From an uncultured virus (IMG/VR IMGVR_UViG_3300042387_001477) (taxonomy: Duplodnaviria > Heunggongvirae > Uroviricota > Caudoviricetes): 64,000 nt of DNA. Location: IMG/VR virus record IMGVR_UViG_3300042387_001477. The stretch is one strand, 5' to 3'. The notes below the pieces were generated by a model. The model was not told the origin of the DNA. It was given only the letters and a program-made list of their open reading frames with translations, and ran no database searches. Of this stretch, positions 46,394 through 56,610 are shown one piece after another; positions within the stretch are counted from its first letter, which is position 1; each line of letters starts with the position of its first letter. A program made the position numbers and the translations under genes.

Positions 46394-46816
46394 CTATTCT
46401 GGCTGTTTCTTTTTGCCAATGTTGTATTTACTTTCCAGAGTCCACTCTGGTTTGTCTTTGAATGAAAGAACTTTAATCTGACTCAGCGGTGCTGCGTCTG
46501 CTACTTGTTCAGCATTTACAATCTGTACAAGACCCCAATCCTGAAGTAGCTGAGCAATTCTATTCTTTCGTTGAACATCGTTCAAGAATAGATTGGCTCT
46601 TTTGCCATCTAATGCAAAAAGCTCTTTAAAGTGTACAATATAATATCTACCTTGCTTATGAAGAATATGGCAAGATTGATATAGCTTCTTTTCTTTTCGT
46701 GATGCAACTCCAATACGAGTTAGAGTTTCCCTGACTTTTAGAAAGTCATCTGGCTCATTTAGAGTTACTTCAACCATTTGATCTGGTGACCAACTCACTT
46801 CACTATCAACGTTCAT
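46394..46816 (-). CDS. regA: Translational repressor RegA
   Basis: PDDFLKVRETLTRIGVAS, LYQSCHILHKQGRYYIVHFKELFALDG. Confidence 0.96.
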   Translation of the reverse strand: MNVDSEVSWSPDQMVEVTLNEPDDFLKVRETLTRIGVASRKEKKLYQSCHILHKQGRYYIVHFKELFALDGKRANLFLNDVQRKNRIAQLLQDWGLVQIVNAEQVADAAPLSQIKVLSFKDKPEWTLESKYNIGKKKQPE

Positions 46817-47195
46817 TTTTTCCTCCACGATTCAATCTCGTTCTGATAAATTCAATTTGTTCGTCTGTTAATATTTTCAAGGCAACCTTAGCCTTTTCAT
46901 CACTATAGCCATAATATTCTTTAATGCATTCCAATGAATCTAATTTCTCTTTCTTTAACCAAGGAGAGAAACGTTTCTTTGGTCTGATAATATTTATATA
47001 AAAATCATATTGAAGTTTCTTGTCAATATGAGAATTTAAATTCATCTCATTAGCAAGAAGAATAGTATCAATAAAACCAGAATAGCACCTATTAACAATG
47101 TATGGAAGATACTTGGACTCCGCCTCTGCGTCGGAGTCGATCAAGTTCTGTTTAGTGGTATTGATTGAATTTAGATAGTCTTTGAGATCGTACAT
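46806..47195 (-). CDS. gp62: Clamp loader small subunit gp62
   Basis: YLPYIVNR, ANEMN, LQYDF, KKRFSPW, EYYGYS. Confidence 0.92.
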   Translation of the reverse strand: MYDLKDYLNSINTTKQNLIDSDAEAESKYLPYIVNRCYSGFIDTILLANEMNLNSHIDKKLQYDFYINIIRPKKRFSPWLKKEKLDSLECIKEYYGYSDEKAKVALKILTDEQIEFIRTRLNRGGKNER

Positions 47196-48142
47196 TATTT
47201 AAATTTACAGTCACACATAATTTCAGTGAAGCAAGCAAGAGTATTGATCTCTTGATCAGCAACAAATGCTGATTGATACTGATACTTAGCAAGAATCAAT
47301 ACTGCTTGAGGAATCGACCCAGCATCCAAACACTCGTACATAGTATTGTAGATCTTTCGGATAATAGAATTCACATCATTATCAAGATTCTCCACAACCC
47401 ACTTACGAACCTCTTTGAAGTTCTTTTCCTTTAGAGAATTTACAAGATTCTTCAGGTTGATATCGCTAACCGAAGCCAGAACTCCAATATCAATAATTCC
47501 AGAAGATGCATATCGTTGGAGTTCATTGAGAACCCTACGCCAATCAGGAAAGAATTTATTGATTACTTCTGCAACAACCTTTTCATCATATTGGACATTC
47601 TCTTCCTCAAGAATAGTCCGGATACGGTTGAAGAATTGTCCTGCAACTCTTGGCTTGTCCTTCCCTGTGATACCGAAATCGAAGACGGCACACCTAGATT
47701 GTAGCGGTTCAATGATTTTATTCTTGTAGTTGCAGGTGAAGATGAATCTGCAGTTGCTATGAAACGTCTCAATATTAGCCCGTAGGAGGAGTTGAACGTC
47801 GTTGGTTGTGTTATCTGCCTCGTCAATGATGATGACTTTTGGTTTACCATTTCCTTGAAGTGAGACGGTCGATGCAAAGTTTTTTGCTTGGTTCCGTACC
47901 GTGTCCAGAAATCGTCCTTCATCAGATCCGTTGATGACATAAAAATCTACTCCTAGTTCATTGCATAGTGCCTTGGCGATGGTGGTCTTACCAATGCCTG
48001 GAGGACCACACAAAAGTAGATTAGGGATTTCTCCCTTCTCTACAAAATTTTGAAATGTATCCTTTACATTTTTTGGAAGAATACAGTCACTTACTTTTTG
48101 TGGACGATACTTTTCAACCCACAGAAAATCATTACGAATCAT
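47195..48142 (-). CDS. gp44: Clamp loader large subunit gp44
   Basis: WVEKYRP, GPPGIGKT, IIDEAD, LQSRC, PDWRR. Confidence 0.96.
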   Translation of the reverse strand: MIRNDFLWVEKYRPQKVSDCILPKNVKDTFQNFVEKGEIPNLLLCGPPGIGKTTIAKALCNELGVDFYVINGSDEGRFLDTVRNQAKNFASTVSLQGNGKPKVIIIDEADNTTNDVQLLLRANIETFHSNCRFIFTCNYKNKIIEPLQSRCAVFDFGITGKDKPRVAGQFFNRIRTILEEENVQYDEKVVAEVINKFFPDWRRVLNELQRYASSGIIDIGVLASVSDINLKNLVNSLKEKNFKEVRKWVVENLDNDVNSIIRKIYNTMYECLDAGSIPQAVLILAKYQYQSAFVADQEINTLACFTEIMCDCKFK

Positions 48143-48146
48143 TTAA

Positions 48147-48815
48147 TCAACCTCCAAAAGTAGAATCTGGTTCAAGGGCAATCCAATATTGAAGATTGTA
48201 TTTGGAACTAATAAACTGAGATACATTCTGCGGAGACACTAAGACTTTGTACACATCAGGAATGATCTTGATATTTTCAATTTTAAAGTTGAAGACAAAT
48301 TGATTATCAGTCTCACCAACTTTAGCTGAGAAACTATTTGATGTGTCGTTGTCTTTGTTGCGAACTACAAGATTGATTTCTCCATCTTCACTAATTAGAG
48401 ATAGATCTTTTAGCTGATACACGCTCGCAGCTTTTAAAAGCGAAGAAAGAACCTCTTCTCCAAGTTCAAACTCTACATTTTCCCCATCCATTGGAATTTG
48501 CTTGTCAGATGGGCTGGCAATCAGATTCGGATCTGAAAAGAAATACTTTACCTTTGAACGACCACTTTTAATAGTCAAATAACTAGGGTTGTCAAATACA
48601 AATTCAGGATCCTTAAACAAAGTAAGTCCACCAAGGAATTCGTTCAAGTCATACAGAGCAAAATTCTGCTCAAAGGTTTCAGTGCAAGTATACTCTGCAA
48701 GAATATTTTTTACTGGAGAAACAGTACGAATAACACTACCCGATTTCACGACAAGTGAAGAGTTGATGGTAGAGAAATTCTTTAGAACATTCAGTGTTTC
48801 GTTAGAAATTTTCAT
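48147..48815 (-). CDS. gp45: Sliding clamp gp45
   Basis: LKNFSTINSS, YDLNEFL, YWIALEPDS. Confidence 0.95.
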   Translation of the reverse strand: MKISNETLNVLKNFSTINSSLVVKSGSVIRTVSPVKNILAEYTCTETFEQNFALYDLNEFLGGLTLFKDPEFVFDNPSYLTIKSGRSKVKYFFSDPNLIASPSDKQIPMDGENVEFELGEEVLSSLLKAASVYQLKDLSLISEDGEINLVVRNKDNDTSNSFSAKVGETDNQFVFNFKIENIKIIPDVYKVLVSPQNVSQFISSKYNLQYWIALEPDSTFGG

Positions 48816-49126
48816 ACAGATTTGAACTCCTGGAGACCGTTATTGGTACGTGAATAATGCTTGTCAAAATGAAGCAGAAGCATAGCGTAGTGAATGACTT
48901 TCATTAGATCACGTTTGTTGTGACCATCTTTATCACCATAGCGTGAGCCGTACTTCAGGATATTGGCTTGACAGAAGTCTTGAGCCAATCCTTTGGCTGC
49001 CATAAGATCAATAGTCTGAACATCACGATAATCTTCATCGTGACCACAGTAATGGCTTCCATAAGTACTTACTACATACTCCTCAATATCCTTGAAGATT
49101 CTGTCTTCGTTGTACTTCCATTGCAT
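48812..49126 (-). CDS. Conserved hypothetical protein (DUF3310-like)
   Basis: TYGSHY, FCQANILKY..RYG.K.G..DLMKVIHYA. Confidence 0.7.
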   Translation of the reverse strand: MQWKYNEDRIFKDIEEYVVSTYGSHYCGHDEDYRDVQTIDLMAAKGLAQDFCQANILKYGSRYGDKDGHNKRDLMKVIHYAMLLLHFDKHYSRTNNGLQEFKSV

Positions 49127-49179
49127 AATTAAAATCTCCGAATAAAAAATGGGGAGAGAACTCCCCTAGTATACATCAA

Positions 49180-50286
49180 TCAGATAGAGCTGTCAAGTGC
49201 TTCTTGATCTACCACACTTTCCTCAGTGGTATCTAGAGCAGAAGCATCAATGTTCTTGTAGAGATCTAGGAAGGAACTCTTGGTGTCATCATCAAAACGA
49301 TTGATACAAACATTGATAGCCTTCTTGCGATTCTTAAAGATAGCAAATGACTGAACGATATGAACCAGACGACGAGTGGTGATGATTTCATCTACGCCAC
49401 CATCATAGAAGGTCTTACGAATAGTATCTGCCCAGACAATCAGCTTGTCAACAAACTCTTCATCAACAACTTCAAAAGAGTTCATCAGGTTCATGAGAAT
49501 CTTTTTCTCAGTCGCCATAGAAGGATAAGGTTGCTCAAACGTGATGGGGAAACGCTCAAGGAATGCTTCGTTCATCACGTTGGTGCCAATGAAACGACCA
49601 TCATCAGAACCTTTACCTTTGGTGTTGGCAGTGGCGATGACGTTGAAGCCAGCAGTGGGAGTTACATACTGGTTGATCTTCTTTAGAAAAACACCCTTAC
49701 CTTCTAGCACAGACTGTAGACACATGATCTTGTTAGAAGCAAGGTCGATCTCATCAAGCAGAAGGACTGCACCACGCTTCAGGGCATTGACTACAGGACC
49801 ATCATGCCATACGGTTTCCCCATCAACAAGTCGGAAGCCACCCAGCAGATCATCCTCATCGGTCTCAATAGTGATGTTGACACGAATCAGTTCACGCTTC
49901 AGGTGAGCACAAGCTTGCTCCACGCTGACAGTTTTACCGTTACCAGAAAGACCAGTGATGAAAACAGGATAGAACATCCCAGACTTGACAATTCGCTTCA
50001 CATCACTGAAGTTGCCAAACGAGACATAGTTTTTGTCTTTCTGGGGAATGAAGCTAACTACAGGTGTAGCAGGAGTTGCAGACATAGAATTAAAGGTCTT
50101 TTCAAGTTGTTCAGTTACAGTCAAATTCCAGACTCCACGACCAGATTTGTTAGGTTCAAGTGTCTTGCAAATAGTTGCAAGGGAAGTGTTTGAGTTTGCA
50201 GCATATTCAATCAGTTGTTGGCGAGTCACAGTTTCGCCGTAAAGAGCAGTCAGGTTTTGAACAAGCTGATCAATCATTTGAGTCAT
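49180..50286 (-). CDS. cobS: CobS/MoxR-type AAA+ ATPase
   Basis: GLSGNGKT, LLLDEID, ATANTKG, NEAFLERF, TRRL. Confidence 0.88.
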   Translation of the reverse strand: MTQMIDQLVQNLTALYGETVTRQQLIEYAANSNTSLATICKTLEPNKSGRGVWNLTVTEQLEKTFNSMSATPATPVVSFIPQKDKNYVSFGNFSDVKRIVKSGMFYPVFITGLSGNGKTVSVEQACAHLKRELIRVNITIETDEDDLLGGFRLVDGETVWHDGPVVNALKRGAVLLLDEIDLASNKIMCLQSVLEGKGVFLKKINQYVTPTAGFNVIATANTKGKGSDDGRFIGTNVMNEAFLERFPITFEQPYPSMATEKKILMNLMNSFEVVDEEFVDKLIVWADTIRKTFYDGGVDEIITTRRLVHIVQSFAIFKNRKKAINVCINRFDDDTKSSFLDLYKNIDASALDTTEESVVDQEALDSSI

Positions 50287-50340
50287 AATGAAGTTACCTC
50301 GTTTGGTATGAAAGTAGTATAGGGCAAAAGGAGTGGGGTG

Positions 50341-52500
50341 TCAAGCGATTTGCTCGATGAATTTCGATAAGATGATCTTATTGAAAGCCTTCTTACTCAT
50401 TTGAGTTTTGAATGCGGTCAACGGATTTGCTGGGATTGCAGGGGCAATGTCTGTGGGAGTACTATTGCCGATCTCAATAAAGTAGAGTTCGTTGTACCCC
50501 AAAGAAGTTGCAGTAAATGACCTAGTTTTTGCCCACTCGGAAGATACTGCAGTCCAATTTGAAAACTCATCTTTTAGATATCGAGCAACAAAAGACTTGG
50601 CACCATAGAAATCAATAAGTCGGAATCCTACAGCATTTGATCCAGTGATTTGACGATAGTAATCTACAAATGCACTGGTAATTCCCATACTTCCATTTTT
50701 ACTGATATTCATCATAGTAATTTTGTTTTTCTTGTCCTGAAGACATAGAATTTCATTTGCACTTAGCCAACCAGAATGAACAATGTTCGTATTACCATAA
50801 GTTGAACGATTGTATGCAACTGAGTTAGATTCCCCATCAGTCAAGAAAACTGTGTTAACTTTATCTACTTTATAAGTTTTCTTGAATTTATCAAACACAT
50901 CAATCGCTGCAAATACGCATTCATTCAAAGGAGTGCTACCTAGATCATAATGAGTATACTCAGTAGTTAGATATGATTGCAGATCTAGAGCATGTGCAAG
51001 TTTCCAGAGATTCTTCATCTGACTATCCAGTTGAGCAGTATTCATTTTACTGCTCAGCAAATTCACAAGAAGGAAATCATTATTGATAAAAATTTGATTT
51101 TCCTTTACGGATAATTTCTTACTGCGAGATATTTGATTATAATTCTTTGCGGTATTCCTGTCATTGAAGGAATACACTTCAAAGGGAATCTGTACTTTTT
51201 TGCAGAACTGAATCAGATTGAACAGTTGCTTGATAGTACCTACTAGGTTTCCTTGCATGGAACCAGACCAGTCAAGATACATGATTAGACCATGAGACTT
51301 ACCTTTAGGAACTACAGTTACCTTCTTGAAGATATCATCATTCCACTTATAGGAATGCATTTTGTTGGTATCAAGAACACCAGTTCCAGCGGTAGCAGAC
51401 CGATTGTATTCAGTTGCTCGCTTTTTCATTTCAAATTCTTTAATCAGATATGATACAGACTTCTTACAATCATCCTTGTAATTTTTATAGTTACTCTCTG
51501 CTCTATCAAACATGCTCTTGTAATAACTTTTGCTTTTATACCCAGACTGATTAGCATAATCAATCATGCTTGTGAAAATCTTAGGAAGATCTTTGACACA
51601 TTCTTTCCAGGGAAGAAGATGATTATCAATATCAATAGATGGTGGAGTCAGATAGATGTAGGTGTCGCCAGTAAGACTAGCAAGTTGTTGTTGATTTTTA
51701 GACCATGCCTTATCTGTATCAGAAGTAAAATCTGCTTGCTTCCCAGAGTTGTTGGAAGAAGATGGAGTAGATTCCTTAGGAGTAGATTCCTTAGGAGCAT
51801 CTTCTTTATTATCGCAATCAGATTGAGCAGAAGTCTGATTCTCACTATCACTTACGTTACTTTCAGAACTTTGATTCTCCTGAGATTCAGACTGTTCTCC
51901 TTCACCTTCAAGTGAGTTTCCTGTGGCAGAAGACAGTTGAAGTTCAACTTGTTTTTCAGTATGCTCTACTAGTTCTTTTACAATATTTACTACATCTTCA
52001 AAGGTTTCTGCATTGGCAATTTTACCAATAAATACCTGCTCTTCTGGAGTAAAGTTAATAAACACTCCAGCATGGACGTTGCCAAGTTTGAAGTGGAGAT
52101 TGATTTTATCAATAAACTTCAGTTCATTAACATCAATAGAATCAATCTCAAAGAAGTCCTGATCATTCAGTTCTGAGTATCCACGATAAAATGAACGAGC
52201 AAGACCAGGATACTTACGCTTCATCAACTTCTCGATGCGAGCATCCTCAACCACATTCAGATATCCCTGAGGAAGATTTAGATCACTACCATATAGATCT
52301 GGAGTATAGATGGCATGACCAACTTCATGACCAACAAGAAGGTCATATACATCGTTAGAAGTACCTTCCCAAATAGGAAGAGTCAGCACACGATTGTGAG
52401 TATCGAAGCTTGCAGTGGGAACAGAACGATGTTCAACAGTAAGGTTTTCTGTTGCCAAAAGTTTAGCAAGAATACTCTTGGACTGTTTGATGTCGGACAT
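50341..52500 (-). CDS. Metallopeptidase-like / vWA domain protein (CobT-like partner of the AAA+ ATPase)
   Basis: HEVGH, NVVEDARIE, MIDAS motif DWSGSM, STPLNE, FLTDGE. Confidence 0.85.
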   Translation of the reverse strand: MSDIKQSKSILAKLLATENLTVEHRSVPTASFDTHNRVLTLPIWEGTSNDVYDLLVGHEVGHAIYTPDLYGSDLNLPQGYLNVVEDARIEKLMKRKYPGLARSFYRGYSELNDQDFFEIDSIDVNELKFIDKINLHFKLGNVHAGVFINFTPEEQVFIGKIANAETFEDVVNIVKELVEHTEKQVELQLSSATGNSLEGEGEQSESQENQSSESNVSDSENQTSAQSDCDNKEDAPKESTPKESTPSSSNNSGKQADFTSDTDKAWSKNQQQLASLTGDTYIYLTPPSIDIDNHLLPWKECVKDLPKIFTSMIDYANQSGYKSKSYYKSMFDRAESNYKNYKDDCKKSVSYLIKEFEMKKRATEYNRSATAGTGVLDTNKMHSYKWNDDIFKKVTVVPKGKSHGLIMYLDWSGSMQGNLVGTIKQLFNLIQFCKKVQIPFEVYSFNDRNTAKNYNQISRSKKLSVKENQIFINNDFLLVNLLSSKMNTAQLDSQMKNLWKLAHALDLQSYLTTEYTHYDLGSTPLNECVFAAIDVFDKFKKTYKVDKVNTVFLTDGESNSVAYNRSTYGNTNIVHSGWLSANEILCLQDKKNKITMMNISKNGSMGITSAFVDYYRQITGSNAVGFRLIDFYGAKSFVARYLKDEFSNWTAVSSEWAKTRSFTATSLGYNELYFIEIGNSTPTDIAPAIPANPLTAFKTQMSKKAFNKIILSKFIEQIA

Positions 52501-52574
52501 AGGTGCCTCAATTCAGTCCTCATATAGTAACAGGTCCACCCCACCATGTCAATGGGATGGACCATAAGGATTGC

Positions 52575-54287
52575 TTATAGCTCTTTTACTTTACTGAAAT
52601 TCTTGACTTTTTCAAATTGAAGAACTTTCTCAAACTTATCATGTAGCATGTCACCTTTATGAGAGATTACAAATACATTTGTATCACTATCAATTCCACG
52701 AAGTATCTTTAGAAAATCTTCAGTGCCAGATGTATCTAGAGAACTATCAAACACTTCGTCTAGGATAAGTAAATTTGTGCTTGCTGAATTCTTTAGTTTA
52801 GCAACTGCCCTCCATGTAAACATCAAGGCTAAGTCAATTCTCATTTTCTCGCCTTCTGAGAATGAAGTGTAACTAAATTCATCCCTAAATCTAGATTTGA
52901 TAGTTTCTTCAAAGTTCTCATCGAGATTGAAGTTTACATAGAAGTCCATCAACTGAAGATACTTGTTAATGAGTTGATTCATCACTGGTAGATATTTCTT
53001 GATGATCTTGGATTTAATTCCAGTATCTTTCAATAAAGTTGAGACAATTTCATAATAGGTTTTATTATTCTTCATCTTGTCCACTTGCTTCTTTAATACT
53101 ACTCCCTCAGAAGCAAGTGTGGTTAGCTTTTGCTTTTCAGTTGCAATGTCTTTGTCGGTTTCATTGATTTTTTGAATTTCATCATTTAATGCATCAATAA
53201 ACTTCTGAAGACTTTTGCAGTTGTAATTTTGAGAAGCAATCTTTACATTTAAATCATTTATATCTGTCAAGATCTCTTGAGATTTATCAATAATAATTTG
53301 AGATTCTTTAATCTTGGTTTCGACTTCTTGAATTGCAGATTCAAGTTTTTCAATCTCAGTGTTGCATTTTGAGATATGAGTTTTCTTAACTTCTTCTGTC
53401 AAATCTTGCTGACAAGTTGGGCATACATCATTCTCATTATAAAACTGGATATTGGTAGTATAATCAGATAGTTTAGTTGAGAATTTAGTCTTATATTTTT
53501 CTAGATCTTTGATATTAATTTTTGGAAGGGATGAGAGTTCTTGCTGTTTTACTTCTAGCTCTTGGCAAAGTTTATCGTAGGTCTCATTGCAATCTTTAAT
53601 TTGCACTTCGTAATCTAGTATTTGAGATTTTTTATCATCAATATTTTTCTGAGACTGACTGGTAATATAATCAATGTGATCCTTTTGCATTCCAACCTTT
53701 TCTTTTAAAAACTGAATCTCAGTCTCAAAAGTTTTGATGTTATCATTATTGGTTTTAATTCGATCTTTTAGAATGACATTCATTGTCGAGAAGATACGAA
53801 TGTCTAGAAGATCTTCAATAATTTCTCTACGATGCGCTGCAGGAAGTTGCATGAAAGGAACAAAGGTGCTGGATCCCAAAATTACAATCTGAGTAAATGA
53901 TTTGTAATTTAGCTTTAGGATGTTTTGCTCCAGATACTTTTGCTGATCGGAGGCAGCCGCAACTTGATCTAGAAGTTTACCATCAATCCAAATCTCAAAG
54001 ATGTTTGGTTTCAGTCCACGAATAATACGGTATTCTTTTGATCCTATATTGAACTCTAGGTCTACTTTACAGTCCTTCTCATTTATAGAGTTAATTAACT
54101 GGTTTTTATTGACCTTGCGAAAGGACTTGTTGAACAGTGCAAATATGATTGCCTCAATGACTGTACTTTTACCAGCACCGTTAGATCCAATTATGAGTGT
54201 AGTATTGGAATCATTTAGATTGACAGTGATCGGAGTATTACCAACTGCAAGAAAATTAGAGTATGTTACAGTCTTAAATAAAATCAT
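52575..54287 (-). CDS. gp46: Recombination endonuclease ATPase subunit gp46 (Rad50/SbcC-like)
   Basis: GSNGAGKS, CPTC hook, FSEGEK, LILDEVFDSSLD, ISHK. Confidence 0.96.
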   Translation of the reverse strand: MILFKTVTYSNFLAVGNTPITVNLNDSNTTLIIGSNGAGKSTVIEAIIFALFNKSFRKVNKNQLINSINEKDCKVDLEFNIGSKEYRIIRGLKPNIFEIWIDGKLLDQVAAASDQQKYLEQNILKLNYKSFTQIVILGSSTFVPFMQLPAAHRREIIEDLLDIRIFSTMNVILKDRIKTNNDNIKTFETEIQFLKEKVGMQKDHIDYITSQSQKNIDDKKSQILDYEVQIKDCNETYDKLCQELEVKQQELSSLPKINIKDLEKYKTKFSTKLSDYTTNIQFYNENDVCPTCQQDLTEEVKKTHISKCNTEIEKLESAIQEVETKIKESQIIIDKSQEILTDINDLNVKIASQNYNCKSLQKFIDALNDEIQKINETDKDIATEKQKLTTLASEGVVLKKQVDKMKNNKTYYEIVSTLLKDTGIKSKIIKKYLPVMNQLINKYLQLMDFYVNFNLDENFEETIKSRFRDEFSYTSFSEGEKMRIDLALMFTWRAVAKLKNSASTNLLILDEVFDSSLDTSGTEDFLKILRGIDSDTNVFVISHKGDMLHDKFEKVLQFEKVKNFSKVKEL

Positions 54288-54549
54288 AGGAAATGGTATC
54301 AGGAGGAATTACAAAATCATCAGGGGTTATAACACAGTAATTATATCCAAAACTCTCACAAGCAGTCACGGCATCTTCTTCCTCGATCTCAACTAATTGT
54401 AATTCAGGGAATCCGTCTGCTTCTAAAAGACCAACATATCGAAGTGCATCGTCTTCGTCAACAAACATTTGTAAAACTTTACTTCCGTCAGAAGTTTCTA
54501 CTGCGTATGCACCTTCTTCCTTTTTGTCTTTGAGAGTTAGTATGTACAT
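54274..54549 (-). CDS. Conserved hypothetical protein
   Basis: EGAYAV..F.DEDDALRY..ITPDDFVIPP. Confidence 0.7.
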   Translation of the reverse strand: MYILTLKDKKEEGAYAVETSDGSKVLQMFVDEDDALRYVGLLEADGFPELQLVEIEEEDAVTACESFGYNYCVITPDDFVIPPDTISYDFI

Positions 54550-55598
54550 TACTGAATTTCAGAAGCTTCCAGGTAAATAGATTTTATGATAGATTTCAAT
54601 TGAGATTTATCATAATTATTTTTCATATCTTCTATATATCTCTGCAAAGTGGTTAGGGTATCTTCATGTTCAGTAACTTCTTGATCATCTTGATCAGAAA
54701 ATACTTGAGTATCTTCAATAATTTTTAGATCATGAACTCCAATAGTATAGAATTTCTCAATTACTTTATCGAAGGTATATAAGTCATTTTTATTTTCTAC
54801 GATAACTTTAACGTAGCTATCGGCATATTCTGATAGATCTGCTTTGGTATAATCATTCTTCGCATCATCATAATAAAACTTCTTGAACATTCTAAATGGA
54901 TTACGAATGAATTCAAGTTTCCTGGAATCTAAATCATAAAGATGGAACCCACGTTCTTCATTGTAATCACTCCATGTCATTTCATATGGATTGCCAAGAT
55001 AATAGATGTTATCACTTCTTGATTTGTGATGAAAATGCCCAGAATAAACTCGTTTAAATTTAGAAAAGATGTCTCTGTCTAATCCACCTTCAAACATATG
55101 TCCTGGGTGAGCTTCAAATCCATTGATTTCCAAATGACCCATCAATACTTCTGATTTTGTATTCTCTAGGTGATTCATCACTTTGAATTGATTCTCAGAG
55201 TTAATCCAGGGAATCATTGTAATGGTGTTTCCTAAAACATCAATATCACAAATTTCATCATAAATTGTAATATTATCATAGCAATCAAGAAGAAGAGTTG
55301 GAGTATTTACTCTGTTAGTGTTCTTATAGTATGCAGTGTGGTTACCCACAATCATATGAATTTGAACACCCATCTCCTGAAGTCGATCATAATAGTTTTT
55401 CTTGATCCTATCCCATGCAAGAAAATCTATTTGTTTTCTGTTATCAAATGTATCTCCAAGATCAAAAAGAATTTTGATATTATTCTTTTCTAGCGTGGGG
55501 AAAAATACTTCATTGTAGAACTTTAGAAAGAAGTCCCAGAATGCCTGAGATCCTTTTCTTCCGTCAAGATGTTGATCAGTAATAATGGCACTATTCAT
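54549..55598 (-). CDS. gp47: Recombination endonuclease nuclease subunit gp47 (Mre11/SbcD-like)
   Basis: TDQH, LGDTFD, GNH, GHLE, SGHFH. Confidence 0.95.
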   Translation of the reverse strand: MNSAIITDQHLDGRKGSQAFWDFFLKFYNEVFFPTLEKNNIKILFDLGDTFDNRKQIDFLAWDRIKKNYYDRLQEMGVQIHMIVGNHTAYYKNTNRVNTPTLLLDCYDNITIYDEICDIDVLGNTITMIPWINSENQFKVMNHLENTKSEVLMGHLEINGFEAHPGHMFEGGLDRDIFSKFKRVYSGHFHHKSRSDNIYYLGNPYEMTWSDYNEERGFHLYDLDSRKLEFIRNPFRMFKKFYYDDAKNDYTKADLSEYADSYVKVIVENKNDLYTFDKVIEKFYTIGVHDLKIIEDTQVFSDQDDQEVTEHEDTLTTLQRYIEDMKNNYDKSQLKSIIKSIYLEASEIQ

Positions 55599-56065
55599 CG
55601 GTTGTTGCGATACTCCAAGTTTTCCTTAATGCTATTCATGTCTGACATATTATATCCCATGATACTGCTATCTGCAGCAAATACTTCATCAAACCCAGAT
55701 CGTTCTAGAAGTTTAGTTTTAATTTCTAATTGCTTCTTTTCTTTTTGAATACGACGAAGGAATGCAAAGTAGATAATCTGAGTGAAGTATGCAAAAGGAT
55801 TAGTAGACTTTTCTGGATCAAAGTTATCAATATACTGAAGGCAGTTTTCAATGCCATCACAAATCATATCATCCTTGAACATGTAATTAACAAAGTTAGG
55901 TCGATATGATAGGTGAGTAGCAATCTTTAAAAAGCATTCACCAATATAGTTTGGGACCTTTGGTTTGTCTCTACCTTCTTCTTTAGATAGTTTAACTTCC
56001 TTTCGGTAAACCATCAAAGCATCAAGAAAATCTTTGTTATTTACGTAATGTTCTTTTTTCTTCAT
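55595..56065 (-). CDS. gp55: Late sigma factor gp55
   Basis: HYVNNKDF, RPNFVNY, NPFAYFTQIIYFAFLRRI.KEKKQ. Confidence 0.95.
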   Translation of the reverse strand: MKKKEHYVNNKDFLDALMVYRKEVKLSKEEGRDKPKVPNYIGECFLKIATHLSYRPNFVNYMFKDDMICDGIENCLQYIDNFDPEKSTNPFAYFTQIIYFAFLRRIQKEKKQLEIKTKLLERSGFDEVFAADSSIMGYNMSDMNSIKENLEYRNNR

Positions 56066-56091
56066 TCAAGGTTTTTATTTCAAGTGTACTA

Positions 56092-56185
56092 AGCGTAACA
56101 CATTCCTAGCATCTTGTCAAGAGGAGAGGGGGGGGGGTTGACAAGACTGCTGAAAGTGTGTATAATAACTCTGTCAGGGTTCAGA
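56092..56185. promoter_or_regulatory. Back-to-back sigma70 promoters (gp55 on minus; copy 2 of the repeated promoter on plus) separated by a G-run
   Basis: Minus TTGACA-N17-TACGCT; plus TTGACA-N17-TATAAT followed by AACTCTGTCAGGGTTCAGA. Confidence 0.75.
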
Positions 56186-56211
56186 ACTTTACTTTAAGTA
56201 CTTAGAGTTCT

Positions 56212-56610
56212 TTAAGAGTCTATATTCAGTTTAAATGATTTTTCTAGAAGCTTCCTTGCTTCTTCAATCTTATTCTTGAATCCTAGTTCTTTATCTAGTG
56301 ATACCTTATTGTTGTTATCTTGATTTAGATATTTCTTTAAAGTACTACGATACAAAATTAATATTTTATTATCTGCTTCTCCTACAGTAAATACTTTATT
56401 CTTTTCAATAAAAAATATATCTTCTTTGGAGAACTTAATCCAGGGTCTCATATCAACTTTGTACATCTCTCCAGCAGGAGTTGATATTTGTTCTACAGTT
56501 ATTTCAAATGGATTTTCTATAACAAATCCATCTTCCTCTTCACATACAACTACATTACCAACTAACTCTGCTCCGTCAATTAATTTAATTATTCCATAAA
56601 ATTCAGTCAT
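56212..56610 (-). CDS. Conserved hypothetical protein downstream of uvsW (Sm-like fold candidate)
   Basis: IKLIDGAELV, PWIKFS, ARKLLEK. Confidence 0.7.
   Translation of the reverse strand: MTEFYGIIKLIDGAELVGNVVVCEEEDGFVIENPFEITVEQISTPAGEMYKVDMRPWIKFSKEDIFFIEKNKVFTVGEADNKILILYRSTLKKYLNQDNNNKVSLDKELGFKNKIEEARKLLEKSFKLNIDS

Noticed and set aside
49180..52500. CobS/CobT-like pair as cobalamin synthesis genes
   Set aside because: No cobN or other cob genes in the window; a MoxR-vWA chaperone pair is common in T4-like phages and is not novel.
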